Assembly: GCA_951406725.2 (NCBI GenBank)
Contig: OX597836.1
Span: 31,248,001 to 31,312,000, forward strand
Direction: 5' to 3'
Length of the DNA stretch: 64,000 bases
DNA from: Octopus vulgaris
Taxonomy: Eukaryota
Under the pieces are notes generated by a model. It was not told where the DNA came from. It ran no database searches and saw only the letters and a program-made list of their open reading frames with translations. The position numbers were made by a program, and so were the translations under genes. Below, one piece after another: positions 11,975-25,690 of the stretch (its first letter is position 1; each line of letters starts with the position of its first letter).

Positions 11975-12382
11975 GTTAGTTAGTTAGTTAGTTAATTTGG
12001 CTCAAAAGCAAATAGCAAGGCCATGTAGGGGGACATGGAGTTAAGTACAGGGTGGTGTTCATGTAAAGAGTTCAGGCCACTTGAGGTCCAGGGAGGCTTT
12101 GAACAAAGCGGTCGTCGGCATCTTCACCATCTCGTCTGGCAGCTTGTTCCACGGATCCGCAACCCGGACGGAGAAAGCTCCTCTCCTTCGATTGAGATGA
12201 AATCGTCGCAGGTAGAGCTTTTCGGAATGACCCCGCAGCCGACGCTCCGGAGCAGGAGTGAAGAACAGCTCTTTCGAGAGGTTACACTTCCCGCTTATGA
12301 TGTTGTGGGCGAGAATGAGATCACCACGGCGGCGGCGTTTTTCAAGAGAATAAAGGTCGAGCGTCCTCAGCCTTTCTTCGTA
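11975..12382 (-). mobile_element. 5'-truncated CR1-clade LINE (ORF2 C-terminus, short 3' UTR, (TAAC)n tail)
   Basis: 12382-12059 translates without interruption as YEERLRTLDLYSLEKRRRRGDLILAHNII...RGHSEKL...AFSVRVADPWNKLP...FKASLD...FT*, showing the hallmark CR1 motifs. The tail is (GTTA)5 at 11975-11994. Confidence 0.9.
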
Positions 12383-12440
12383 GATAAATATATGATAAAT
12401 AAGGACTGATGGAGAAAGGAATATGAGTTAAATTACAATA

Positions 12441-13378
12441 GGCGCAGGAGTGGCTGTGTGGTAAGTAGCTTGCTAGCCAATCACATGGTTTTGGGTTCAG
12501 TCCCACTGCGTGGCATCTTGGGCAAGTGTCTTCTGCTATAGCCCAGGGCCGACCAATGCCTTGTGAGTGGATTTGGTAGACGGAAACTGAAAGAAGCCTA
12601 TCATATATATGTATGTATGTATATATATATATATATATATATAAGGGTGGAAAGGAACACACGAGTTGATATATATGAAAAAAACAAGTCAAAAATAGAA
12701 AATGCTAAGATGATTTTATAGTGAATCTTTCAGTACCGGTTTCGGTCATTTTGAGACCTGTTCAACTGTAACGATTAAATAATTAAATTTTGAAAAATTT
12801 AGATAAATTAGAAGAAAGGTTTTTTTAAAGGAATACTTCCATAGTAGTGTTCAGATATATGTGGCATTCTGCCTTTCTCTGACTCCCTTGTTTGCACTTG
12901 TGTATTCGAGGTCGAATACACAAGTGCAAACAAGGGAGTCAGAGAAAGGCAGATGCCACTTATATCTGAACACTACTATGGAAGTATTCCTTTAAAAAAA
13001 CCTTTCTTCTAATTTTTCTAAATTTTTCAAAATTTAATTATTTAATCGTTACAGTTGAACAGGTCTCAAAATGACCGAAACCGGTACTGAAAATTCACTA
13101 TAAAATCATCTTAGCATTTTCTATTTTTGACTTGTTTTTTCATATATATATATATATATATATATATGTGTCTGTGTTTGTCCCTCTAGCATTGCTTGAC
13201 AACAGATGGTGGTATGTTTACGTCTCTGTCACTTAGCGGTTCGGCAAAAGAGACCGATAGAATAAGTACTGCGCTTACAAAGAATAAGTCCCGGGGTTGA
13301 TTTGCTCGACTAAAGGCGGTGCTCCAGCATGGCCACAGTCAAATGACTGAAACAAGTAAAAGAGTAAGAAGAGAGTAA
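12441..13378 (+). mobile_element. Bipartite tRNA-derived SINE (head, internal TA/TG microsatellite, tail) hosting the palindrome
   Basis: A box TGGCTGTGTGG, B box GGTTCAGTCCC and CORE-like cttgggcaagtg. The head ends ...actgaaagaagcc at ~12600. The tail resumes at 13167 and ends aaatgactgaaacaagtaaaagagtaa. Confidence 0.85.
12669..13149. mobile_element. ~480-bp palindrome: inverted Penelope-like termini (family B), each arm with a hammerhead-like motif
   Basis: Arms 12669-12909 and 12912-13149 are reverse complements with about 4 differences and a 2-nt spacer (gg, 12910-12911). The motif CAG-TTGAACA-GGTC tcaaaat GACC-GAA-ACCGGT-A-CTG is at 13052-13089(+) and 12731-12768(-). The element sits in the (TA)n of a SINE. 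Confidence 0.7.
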
Positions 13379-15113
13379 TTAATATACTATACTAAGTATA
13401 AGAAATGTAGACCTTGAAACACTGAGTCTGAAGAAAAGACAGGTGAGTGCATTAAGACAGACCTTGGGCTAAAATACAATAACAAAAAATACTAAACATT
13501 TTATTATTTGAAAAGTCATCACTAAGCTGAGAAATTTAAAAATTAAATATCTGGGAATGTGTGGAAAATGTTGTTTAGCCCCAGATCAGCACTGATCAAA
13601 GGCTTTCCAACTGTGACCATCACATCTTTTCCCTATGTGTAGAGAACTTGGGATCACGTTATCCGACATATCCTTTTCTAAGATGGTGAAGTGTATTCAA
13701 AGGATATTTGGCTGTTATTTTCAGCAGGCTAAGCAACTGCATGAGGAATGGTTAGCTCAGTGGAAGTTTACGAGACTGGTGTTTATTCACCGAAGAAATA
13801 ATTGAGAGAAATCTAATGGAAAGAAATCATCCTAGCCATTCCCAAAACGAAAATTGCATTTTGGTGTAAAAACGAAACAGATGTTAGCATCAAGAAGCAT
13901 TAGTCTCAGACTAACAGAGAATGTCATTTGGAGAGGTGTATACACCACACACACACACACCACATGTACCAGGCAGCTTCACAAAATTAATGCATTTAAT
14001 TAAGTAAAATTAACCCCTACCTCCCTCCCCTGCCAAATCTCCTCTTTATTAAATGATAAATGCATATGCTTTAAATATCACACAATCCCCCCATGGTGAG
14101 ATATAAAGCACAGTTATATCAACAAACCCTTGGTACCTTTTTTATGTGTGGAGTGGGGTGCATGGCGAAGAGAGATGCCAGAACTTTGCATGTGAAATTG
14201 AAGCTTGCAGTCTTCAAAGTAGTTTCTACTAATTATGATAAACAAGAATATCAGAGGACCAAGGGGACCTTTACCTGACAACAGGCATCACATCTGTTTC
14301 TTCTTCCGCTGTTGCTCCTACCATAGTATCTGGTTCTTTGCCAGCTAGGTTGATTAGCAGCTCCACCCAACTGAATCCTTGTTTTTTTCCACACTTGGGG
14401 GTGACAAGAGTAGCACCCACCTTACCACCCCTACTGATTCACAACCAGCCATTTTTTGCAAACCTTTCCTCCCAGAACACAACCTCCTCCACTGAAATTC
14501 CCTTCCCATTCACGTTTCCTTTTGCAGATGTCAAGCTACTACGCGTTCAAACAAAATACTCTTCTAACAAAATAATTGTCCCTCATTTGGAGGCCCTGTG
14601 TAGGCGATAAGCAATATCCTCTCATATCAGAGGTCCTGGACTATCTTTCCAGTTTTGAAGGTCTTGTGTAGTTCCTGGGCACTGCCTTCAATGTCCATAG
14701 CTAGCGCAAGACTTCTGACAATCTTCCCAGTGTCAGAGGTCAGGCAAAGATTAGGGATTACTTCCTTGCTCCAGCTTTAACATACAATGAAGATGGGCAC
14801 CTCACTTTCCTATCTAGATCATTACTGCATGGGTCTGTAACACATAAACAAGATCACAATTTTTCTTTTGTGATGGTGGTGGTAGTACAGCTGGGTAAAC
14901 TGACCCTACTATATGACTGGTATTTTGTCTTATCTCCTCTGGAAGGATGGACAGCAAAGTTGAATTCAACAAAATTCAAAGTCAAAATGTAAGAGGACGC
15001 AACTAAGTAGTATCAAACATGTTACTTTGCACTTAACTATACATGTTAATGTAGAGGGAACCCATGGAAATTTTCAAATAATTCTGCCAATCCATTACCC
15101 AAGAGTTCCTTAA

Positions 15114-15333
15114 CCCTTTCATTACTGTATTTATTTTGAGATGCTCTGTGTTTCTTTCAGTTACTTTCAATATAACAAAGAATTTAGTAAAATAACTTAG
15201 TTATCATTAAACTGGTGTTAGGAACATAAACTGTGGCTAAGGTTTGGTGGAAGATTTTAATTCAAAACTTATGAAAATAAGACATTTGAACTCAGAGCCA
15301 GAGTCGGTTTCGGCCATGTTGGTAACGAAAGGG
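15114..15333. mobile_element. TTAA-flanked (piggyBac-like) MITE, representative copy
   Basis: TTAA|CCCTTTC ... GAAAGGG|TTAA. Related copies at ~17275-17458, 23090-23312, 40696-41073 (partial tandem), 49280-49491 and 62446-62674; more diverged copies at ~563-785 and 48903-49117. Confidence 0.7.
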
Positions 15334-15818
15334 TTAATATAATAAACAAACCAAAACCATTCCAACAGTTTTCAGGAATCACACATTGTTAAGCGACTTT
15401 TACTTGCTTCAGTTATCGAACTGCAATCATGCTGGGGGCACTGCTTTGAAGAGTTTTAGCTAAATAAACCACCTCCAGTACTTCACAGTCATTATACAGT
15501 GGCCATGCTGGGGCACTGCCTTGAAGAATTTTAGTCACATGAATTAACTCCGGGACTGTCTTTTTAAAACCTGATACTTATTTTATCAGTCTCTTTTGCT
15601 AAGCTACTAAGTTATGTAGATGAAAACACATCAAGGAGTTTCTTCACCTTGAAGGGCAAGAACTTATAATTAGCATGGGATCAGAGAACTGGCAGAAAAG
15701 AGGCTTCAGACAGGACAACATGATGGCCTCTACTTTGAATGCTTGGCTGCTTTTGTTGTAACTTGATGGATAATGCAAATGAGGTACCAAAATATTGCAA
15801 AACTTTTGACTCAATAAA

Positions 15819-15859
<41 letters not shown>

Positions 15860-15862
<3 letters not shown>

Positions 15863-16443
15863 TCATCATCCTCGTTTAACGTCCGCTTTCCATGCTAGCA
15901 TGGGTTGGATGGTTCGACCAGGGTCTGGGAAGCCAGGAGGCTGTGCCAGGCTCCAGTCTGATCTGGCAGTGTTTCTACAGCTGGACGCCCTTCCTAATGC
16001 CAACCACTCCATGAGTATAGTGGGTGCTTTTTACGTGCCGGAGGCCAGAGGAGGCTGGCAAACGGCCACAATCGATTGGTGCTTTTTACATGTCACTGAC
16101 ACGGACACCAGTCAGGTGGTGCTGGCATCAACCACATTTGGATGGTGCTTTTTACATGCCACCGACATGGGTATCATAACTAAAATTTCCATTTGATTTT
16201 TTTTATTCATATCATCATTATCATTATCGTTTAACGTCCGTTCTCCATGCTAGCATGGGTTGGATGGTTTGACTGGGGTCTGGGAAGCCAGGAGGCTGCA
16301 CCAGGCTCCAGTCTGATCTGGCAGTGTTTCTACAGCTGGATGCCTTTCCTAACGCCAACCACTCCCTGAGTGTAGTGGGTGCTTTTTACGTGCCAGGCAA
16401 GGCTGGCAATGGCCACGATCGGATTGGTGCTTTTTATGTGCCA
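15860..16443 (-). mobile_element. Two tandem RTE 3'-end fragments
   Basis: Two copies (~15860-16200 and ~16210-16443) begin (cat)n-cgtttaacgtccg...catgctagcatgggttgga, the reverse complement of the RTE tail. Confidence 0.8.
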
Positions 16444-18132
16444 AATCTATTAAAATGATTCTCTTTACACACACACACACACATCGATGTGTATTATATG
16501 TGTGAACGTGTCTATCTGAGTGTTATGTAATGTATAGATGCCAATATATGGAACTTTTGGCTCTTCATTTATAACTTCTACCAAATAAATAAAAACTCTG
16601 TGTGTGAGTCTGTACACAAGAGAGAGAGAGAATGCATAGAGAGAAGGAATGATAAGAGAAAAGTGAAAAATGATATGGTTTAAAAGTCACAAGACATCGA
16701 AAATCCTGTTACTTTTCAAGAAATACAAGTTTATTAAGCCAGTTTGGCCAATGGAATAACTTTGGTTACATCCGGAATGGTAAGATAATACCATAACGAC
16801 GACCTACAACATTCAGCAGAAGAATATAAGACTTTAAACTGAAAATGGTTTAAGACTTATGTGGGCGTTGACAGCTGAAGAAACAGGGGAAAAAGACAGA
16901 GAGCAGGAATAAATAAAAAGTTCCCATAATTCTTAAGACTGGTCTCTTGAGTAACAATTGTGTAAATATAACAGAAACAGCAACAACAGTATTGGATTGT
17001 TTAGGCTGGTGGCGCCGACGAGGTTGGTCTCCATCTCGGAATGATAGCGTTACCAGCCACACTGACTTAACATACATACACTGAAGCACTCGGTGCTTAG
17101 TGACCCAATTTCCAACAAGCCAATGACCAAAACGCAACCTGCTAGAAATAGCACCCAAATCTATCTCAATCCATATCCTTACCATCTAAAATATGGAAAG
17201 GACATGTCAAATTAATGTAGTTTTGGATAATCCTAATAAATGAGAAAAATTGTCACAATTGGAATGCATTTGATTAGTACAAATGTCTTGTTTTCAAAAG
17301 TTTTGAATTAAAATCTTCCACCAAACCTTAGTCACAATTAATGTTCCTAACACTAGCTGAATGATAACTAAGTTATCTTGCTAAATTCTTTGTTATATTT
17401 AAAATTAATCGAAAGAAATACAGAGCATCTCAAAATAAATACGGTAATGAAAGGGTTAAACTGGGGTTAAACAGCATCAACAAATATATTAATTCAAGAA
17501 CTGTTACTTAAACTGTGAAAATGCAATGGTTAGAGGTGAGGGTAATCACTTCGTGAGTCAGATTCCCTGGGGTACGTTGTGTCCGTGATCAAGACCTGTT
17601 ATTTCATGCTGTTCCAGTCCATTCAACTGGCAAAAACAAATAGTACCTGCATTTCAAAGGGCCAGCTTTGTCACATTCTGTGTCATGTCGAATCTCCCTG
17701 AGTACTATGTTAAGGGTATGCATGACTGTGGAGTGCTCAGCCATTTGCACATTAAATTTCATGAGCCGGCTGTTCTTTTGATTGGGATCATCTGGAACCC
17801 TCGTTGTCATAACTGATGGAGTGCCAGAAGATAAACTATAGAGAGTAACAGATAATAACAGGTAAACAAGAGAGAGAGACTTAAGCAGAGTGGCTTGACG
17901 AGGAAACTGGAATAACTGCGTATCTTGCGAGGGTAGATATGAATAATGAAGTTTTGCGTAAACCCCTTTCTCTTTGAGATAAGGATTTTGAATTGTTTAA
18001 AAATAGCAATGAATGATTTACATAAAAGATAACAATGGGTAGGCGAAAAATCTCGAGGGATTACTATCTAATACATTCATGAATGAGTACCTTTGATAAA
18101 AGCAATGTACTTTAACAGGATGTTATAATATA

Positions 18133-18180
<48 letters not shown>

Positions 18181-18540
18181 AAATTCGTTTTTGGACTTGG
18201 ATGTCAAAGAACATAAAAACTATAAATGATAGCATGTAAATATTTACACGTTATTATTTATAGCTTTTATGTGCTTCAAGATTCACTTCCAAAAAAGAAT
18301 TATTTCATGTTCTCTCAAAGGTTTATAAATTCTTCTGACGTCAACAATATATATGTGTGTGTGTGTGTGTGCATATGTGTGTAGCACAGTCTTGTATTAT
18401 ATTTATTCTCTGTGCCCTTGAGGCAGTTAAAAGAATTACTACTACCACCATCACTACTACTGCTGCTTTCACAATAGCAAACCAGCAGGAAAAAAAACAA
18501 AATTAAAGCAAACTTTTTTTTAACTAAAAGAAAATACAAA

Positions 18541-18546
18541 TGTGTG

Positions 18547-18600
<54 letters not shown>

Positions 18601-18855
18601 GGAAAAAATCCATGTATGTATGTGTGTGTGTGTGTGCACATTGTCTCAAGAATTAACGAAACTGGGACTGAACAGAAAAACAAATTTAATCTTGTTAAGA
18701 GAAATAAAAACTCTGAAAAGAGATAAATGTAAAAACAAATATATAAATATATATATATGTATATACACATATATGTATATACACATATATGTATATACAC
18801 ACATATATATATATATATATACACACATATGTGTGTGTGTGTGTGTGTGTGTGTG
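18541..18855 (+). repeat. (TA)n/(TG)n compound microsatellite cluster (representative of dozens)
   Basis: Directly visible. It produces several YI/CV/HT-repeat ORFs. Confidence 0.9.
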
Positions 18856-20691
18856 AAGGAGTGAATATGCATTATAGATATGTGTGTGTACATTTATGCT
18901 GTTTTTTAGAGATTGTCTAAGAAAATTTTAATTGAAACTCCCCTACAAACACTAAACATGTGACAACATTATATAAGAAAACAACAACAACAACAACTTG
19001 CCTGATGGGGGGAAGTTGGTTACAGTATTTCGGAGAAGTGGAAGGGGACAGTTATGCTGGGGCTGGCCAAGTTAGAGTGATGGGTGGAATGGGGGCTAGT
19101 GGTTAAATTGTTCTGCTCTGGTCTCTCTTTTCTTTTTTTTTGTTTACTTAAAATGCTTTCATTTAAATTTCCATTAAACATTGTAGGAAACGGGAGGGGC
19201 GTGTATTTGGTGACATATCAGTTCAATTCATATTCTACATCATCACTATCATAAACTTCTTATAAGTTTCTCTTTTCCGCCTCTCCCTCAGCAACACTAA
19301 TGTAAATATGGCAGGGAAATTTAATTAAGAGAATATAATTAGCCATGTCCACCGAGCTTTTGCTATTGACGTATGATCCAGAGTCAGTCCTGATCCAGCA
19401 AAGCGCACAATCACTACATTCCAAACATGACCATCCTGTCTTTCATTTAAACAGATCTAGAATTACCATATTTTTTGACATAGAATTTGAATTTTTCGTA
19501 CTAAAATTTACAGCCCCAAAAATGGTGAAGTCAACTTATACACCAAGATGACTCAGGGCAATCAAAAATTCCTTGTGACATGCAACAGATTTAGAAAGAT
19601 AACGATGATGTTTGAATGTTTACACTACATATTAACACTATGTTCTGCTTCAGCTTGTATGCCAGAAAATATGGTAGATTATCCAACAATATGCTCTTCG
19701 CTTTTTTTTTTTCTTTTAAAAAAAAAAAATGAAGGTTGTTATTTGAGAGAGGTTGGACTGCTATTTCTAGCAAGCTAAATGAACCATGTAGAGGCTCCCT
19801 TAATAAGATACCATACAATGGTGAGATCTTTGTGTTTAGTTATAAAGCGATTATTGTTGTTGTCCTGCCTGAATTTGTGATTTTAATAGATACCAGAGGA
19901 AGGGGAAGTTTTGTTTAGTTCCAAATTGATGCCAGATTGTGGAAGCACTAAATTACAACAGAGGGCTTTGTTGACATTGTGGGGCCCCGAGCAAAAATCC
20001 TACATATTTAACATATTTAATTTTGTTTGTTTTTGCTTTAGTACAACCCTCCCAAAATACAATAATACAAATTATATTCGTGGCTGTGTGGTAAGAAGTT
20101 TGCTTCTCAACCACGGTACCAGGTTCAGTCCCACTGTGTGGCACCTTGGGCTAATGTATTCCACTATAGCCCCAGGTCAACCAAAGCCTTGTGAGTTTAT
20201 ATGTGTGTGTGCCTGCGTGTCTTTGTGTTCATATTTGTCCTCACCACTGCTTGCCAGCTGTTGGTTTGTTTACATCCCTGTGATTTTGCAGTTCAGCAAA
20301 AGAGACTGATAGAATAAGTATCAAGTTTTTAAAAAGTAAGTACTGGGGTCGATTTGCTTGACTAAATCTTTCAAGGTGGTGGTGTCTCCAGCATGGCCGT
20401 AGTCCTATGACTGAAACAAGTGAAAGATAAAAAAAATAAAGATACTCCGAAGAGGAGGAGCTGAGAGATCAGGATTTTTAACAGGCCCTCCTCTAAGGTT
20501 GTCCAGGCACCACAGCTGGTTAGGCTACAAGTCAGCCCTGAATGAATATAATCAAAGGCATTCCTGCCATGACCAGTGTCTTTCTGTAGATTGAGTACTA
20601 CATTTTTGAGTGTGTTCTTCCTTTTTAATACTGCACTGTAAATTGAGGGAATTTGGATACTACTTCTTTTAGTTAGAGGAATCATGTAAAA

Positions 20692-20960
20692 CAGTTGTTC
20701 TCAACAGAGGTCCTTATGATCTTTAGTGGTCCCTATGACCCTTGGGGGGTTGTGGCCATATCAAATTTTGTTGTTAAAATTTATGGGTAATTAAAATTGT
20801 TTATACTTCTACTATAGACAAAATATTAATTTTTTTTTTATATAATTCCTAATAATATTTCATTATAAAAATATAATAGGATTTTTTTTTAACATGGGGT
20901 CCAGCAGGGTGAAATAAGAATCAGATAACACCCTAGACAAAAATTAGTTGAAAACCACTG
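20692..20960. mobile_element. hAT-type MITE
   Basis: CAGTTGTTCTCAAC ... GTTGAAAACCACTG termini. The body resembles the reverse complement of 43169-43398. Confidence 0.55.
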
Positions 20961-22189
20961 ACATGAAGGTTCCCTTGCTGTCTGAAGACTGGCGAGATTG
21001 AGGTCTATGTGAGGGAACTGGCCCAAACGTGTGTAGGGAGTGAACCCAGTCTCATTACTCACACATTCAGCATCAAGCCCCTGTGGTACATCAGGCTTAG
21101 CTTAGGTTTGGCCACATTGTCTGGCTATTAGGGTGCAGTGAACACCTGACAGCTTTTCTGAATGCCACCCCCAATTAAGTTACACATGTCTACGACGGCA
21201 GAAACAGAAACAATGTGTTGGTGAAGTCGCGAGTTCAATTCCTGGTGGCACGTCTCCTTGAGCAACACACTTCAATACACATTGCTCCAGTCCACTCAGC
21301 TAGCAAAAATAAGTAGTGCTTGTATTTTCAAGGGGCCAGCCATGTCACATTCTGTGTCATGCTGAATCTCTCTTAAGGGTACTCGTGTCTGTGGAGCGTG
21401 CAGCCAGTTGCACATTAATTTTATGAGCAGACTGTTCCATTGTGTCGATTGACTGGAACACATTGTAATTGAAAGAATTCCAGTTTGTATAGGGAAACAC
21501 CAACACAGTTATGTTCTATCACAATTGATATTAACTTCAAAATGTCTAATTCCACAGAATATTGAACAGATAGACAGATAGAGAAAAAGACAGAAAGAAC
21601 GATAGAGGAATATATATATATATAGAGAGAGAGACTAAGATAAATAGATAGATGGATACATAGAGGGTTTCCAAGTAATTTCTTGAAATACCAATACAAA
21701 ACCTATTTTCAGCAAGAACTGTCAACTAGAAATAAAAGATACTTGTAAATCTATAGTTTGGTCTTTCAATCCCCGAAACAATGGTTTATTCATTGAAGAA
21801 AATTCCATGTTTTAATTAGCATGCAAGCTTAAATGCATTCAGTGATGCTGTTGTTCACATTTTTTAGTCTCTGAATGGGCAGGCCTATGGTAAAAAAAAA
21901 GTGTGTGGGTGTCTTGCCATGACTATTCCATTGTTTTACAAGTGTGTCTGTGACTACATCATCCAGTGAGCATGTAAGAGGTTCCTTTGAAGGTTTGTTG
22001 TCATCCATAATGGTGGAGATGTTGCTTACAAGATCAAGCTGTGGTTCACAGCAGTGCGAATACTGACTGCTGAATTCATTTTGATTTCTCATCATAAAAA
22101 GGCATATCTCAGGTGTTTTCTAAGACTGCCGAAGAACCACTGTCATACAGATGTGTATATGTGTATGTGTGTGTGCATGTGTGTATACA

Positions 22190-22401
22190 CACAGGGGGTG
22201 TGTGTGAAAAGTCTGGTTTTGCGTAAAAGAAAATACAGAAATAATTATGATTTTATTGAACATATTCCCCTCTTAGATTCATACACTTACTGCAGCAGCC
22301 CTTCAGTTTTTCTAAGCCCTGTAAAAGAACTTGGAAGGTTGGGCCTCCAACCAGGTCTTTTGCAACACCCTTAATATCAGGAACATTTCAGCATCCCCTT
22401 G
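22190..22401 (-). mobile_element. Mariner-derived MITE (same family as 60199-60419)
   Basis: Reverse-complement similarity (ttcagtttttctaagccctgtaaa...ggaaggttgggcctccaaccagg). Ends ...cagcatccccttg|TA. Confidence 0.65.
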
Positions 22402-23667
22402 TAAATACATACATATATATATATATATATAAAATCATTTGGATGTCCACTTTCCCATGCTCATATAGGTTGGATGGAATTTATTGAGGAAGGTTTTCTA
22501 CAGCTAGATGCCCTTCCTGCTGCCAACCTTCACCTGTTTCCAAGCAAGGTGATATTTCCCCACTATTAGACAGGTTCTTGCAGAATATAGGAATACACTG
22601 CTTGTGTGACAATGACACTTATTTACTACTGTCACATGATGTCAAGACAAGGAGACACAAACGCACACATATATTATATATGACGGGCTTCTTTCAGTTT
22701 CCATCTACCAAATCCACTCACAAGGGATTTGGTTGGCCTGAGACTTACAGCAGAAGACACTTGCTCAAGGTGCCATGCAGTGGGAGTGAACCCAGACCCA
22801 TGTGGTTGGTAAGCAAACTTCTTACCACACAGCTACACCTGTATAAATCTTCATTTAATGTTATTTATATTTACTTTGAACAAGGGTTGAGAGCTGCCTC
22901 TGAATGTGGTAGCCAGCTGTTAGGACTACATTATAAGCAACCATCAACAGATTTATGTTTAACTTGTGCGTAAATAAGGGGGAGGCAGTGCATTATCTGA
23001 TGTGTGTGTGTGTGTGAATGCACATGGGTACATATTCTAGTTTTAGACAAGGGAGACCATATTCTTGCAGGTCATATGAAGCCATTCACTCTTTCGTTAC
23101 TGTATTTATTTTGAGATGCTTTGTGTTTCTTTCAATTACTTTAAATATAACGAAGAATTTTGTAAAATGACTTGGTTATCATTCAGCTAGTGTTAGGAAC
23201 ATAAATTGTGACTAAGGTCTGATGGAAGATTTTAATTCAAAACTTTTGAAAACAAGGCGTTTGTACTCAGAGTCAGAGCCGGTTTCAGCCAGGTTGGTAA
23301 CGAAAGGGTTTAAAGGATTGGCAGTAGGAAGGGTATCTGGACAGAAAACAGTACCATAAGAAAGGTCAAAGAAGGAAAAAAGAACATTGATAAGTGTGTG
23401 CGTGTGTGTGTGTGTGTATTATACATCCAATAAGCTTTCCCTTTTGTGTGTGTGTGTGTGTGTGTGTCTGTGTGTGTATTATACTCCCAATAAGTTTTCC
23501 CTGTGTGTGTACGTATGCTGAGTTATGTGGATCTGTTTTTGCAGAAGTTCATTATCCATCATTGATACTGTAAACAAATATCTGTTTAAAAGGAAGAAGC
23601 CTCATAAATATACACCCCAGTTTAGGCTGGCAATATTTATTCGACTTCACTGCTACCAAAGCCAATA

Positions 23668-23714
23668 TCACCACCACCACCACCACCACCACCATCATCA
23701 CCACCATCATCATC
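23668..23714 (+). repeat. (CAC)/(CAT)n microsatellite
   Basis: Directly visible. It produces the spurious poly-His ORF. Confidence 0.9.
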
Positions 23715-25690
23715 GCAATCACTATACATCCTGCTTGCTCATTAATCTAACCAAAAATCTTCAGCTTCCACCCTTTCACTATCAGTTTTAAGAATTAAAC
23801 ATAACATTCATACTTCTGTATACCATCTGTTCCACAAATCATACACACATTCGTACACACACACACATAAATATACACAGATGCAGGTACACACACACAC
23901 ATTTACATACTGTTCAGTACTGTTTCACTGTTTCAATCTATCCTCATAAATTTCTAGTAATGATCAAAGTCTTTAATTACATTAATAAGTGATTATGTTT
24001 TAATTACTGCCATACATACTGGACATACCATGTCGTTGGCAGCGGGGTTAGGTTAATGCACTGATGCACCTCCACCACCACCACCATCATCATCACTACA
24101 ACCATCACCATCACCAAAAACAACAAAGGGCTCTGACATTGTGCCCGTGTAACTTTCTTTTATATCTTAATTGAATTTGAGAGCAGGCTTGAGTGATTAG
24201 GGTTAGAAACCCGTCATAGATTCCTAATTAACGGTGCTGTGGTTCAGCCCCAGATCAACTCTGATCAAGCAGATGAGCAGACCTATGGCTATGGTGACTA
24301 CAGGGAAGGACAAGTCAATAACCACACAACCACCACGCTTCTCTCTCTCTCTCTCTCTCCCTCTCTCGCACTCTCTCTCTCTCTCTCTCAAATGGATGCA
24401 TTCATCATTGACATGCTAAAAGACTTTATTAGATTTGCTGTCTGAAAATGATTCACTATGATGATCAAATAATCTTTATTAACTAATGACTCGTTAATCT
24501 AGCATTAATCTTTCCTGGATCCATTTAGGAAAAATGATTGAGAAACTTAATCAGGTTGGCACCAGAAATAGACTTGGTTTATCTCTAAAACAAACAGACA
24601 TCTCAGAACTTAGGAGAGACGTGACGCTAAGAGACTTAGGTCATGTGACATGAGGGATATGTGTGTGTGTGTGTGTGTGTGTGTGTTTTGGGGTTTACGT
24701 GATGTATAGAGAGAGAGAGTGACAAATCCATTAGTAACATATGTTTAATAACTGAGTGACTGCCTCGTTGGTTACAAATTGAGAAAGAAATGACTGACAG
24801 AAGAAAACGACATTGAGCAAGATGTGTGAGGAAAAAAAGAGACCCAACTGTTTCTACCTATACCGGGAACTTCACCTGCTATTTAACCCTTTAGCATTCC
24901 GATAATTCTGTCAGATGTAATGCTTATTTATTCACATTGTCTTGAGTTAACCATACATTATCTTGTAGCTTTGAGGCTTCAATGATGTGGCAGTTTATAA
25001 TTAAAATTATATTGTAGGGGAAGTGTGAGAGGCTGAATCTGGCTGGTTTCAGCATAAAAAAAGACAGGATATTTTGGGACGGATATGGCAGGTTTAAATG
25101 CAAAAGGGTGAAAGCAGCCATATTAAGTCCTGGTCTACTTTTTTGATGTTCAAATGGACCAGATCCAGCCTCTCACACCTGCCCTACAACGTCATTCTAC
25201 AAATAAATAATCATATCATTGAAATCTCGAAGCTTTGAGGTAATGCATGATTAATTTTAAAAAAAGAGTGAATAATAAGCATTAGATTAGACAGAGTAAT
25301 CTGAATGTTAAAGGGTCAAACCAACTAAATGAGGCCTAAATACTCTACCTTTTTTGTGTTCAAATCAGCCTGATCTGGTCCCTCACATTTATTCTACAAT
25401 GTCATCCTCAAATTAATCACATCATTCAAAATATAGAAGCTATGAGAGGGTGCATAGTTAACTTGAAACACTATAAAGAAATAAGCAATACATTTGACCG
25501 AGTAACTTGAATGTTCAAAGGTTAAGGTGTGTGTGTATGTATGTAGGGGGGTAATTGAGGAAAATAACAGCATTTGTTCCCTAGAATCTAGCACAAACAG
25601 AACCAAAAGAAAACCTAGTCTTCGGTGACATAGCAGTACTAATACATTAACAAAAGGTTTCACCTTTTTTTTTTTTAATGAGACAAATAG

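Noticed and set aside
12035-12409. 124-aa plus-strand ORF
   Set aside because: It is the antisense shadow of the minus-strand CR1 ORF2 fragment.
14270-14810. Relatively GC-rich unique-looking block
   Set aside because: No convincing reading frame or recognisable family. It is probably a decayed retroelement.
16780-17060. Strong minus-strand acceptor-like tract (ttcctgctctctgtctttttcccctgtttcttcag, ~16875) in CpG-containing unique sequence
   Set aside because: The phase-2 frame stops after about 8 codons and no matching donor was found. It could be a non-coding or terminal exon, but that cannot be supported from sequence alone.
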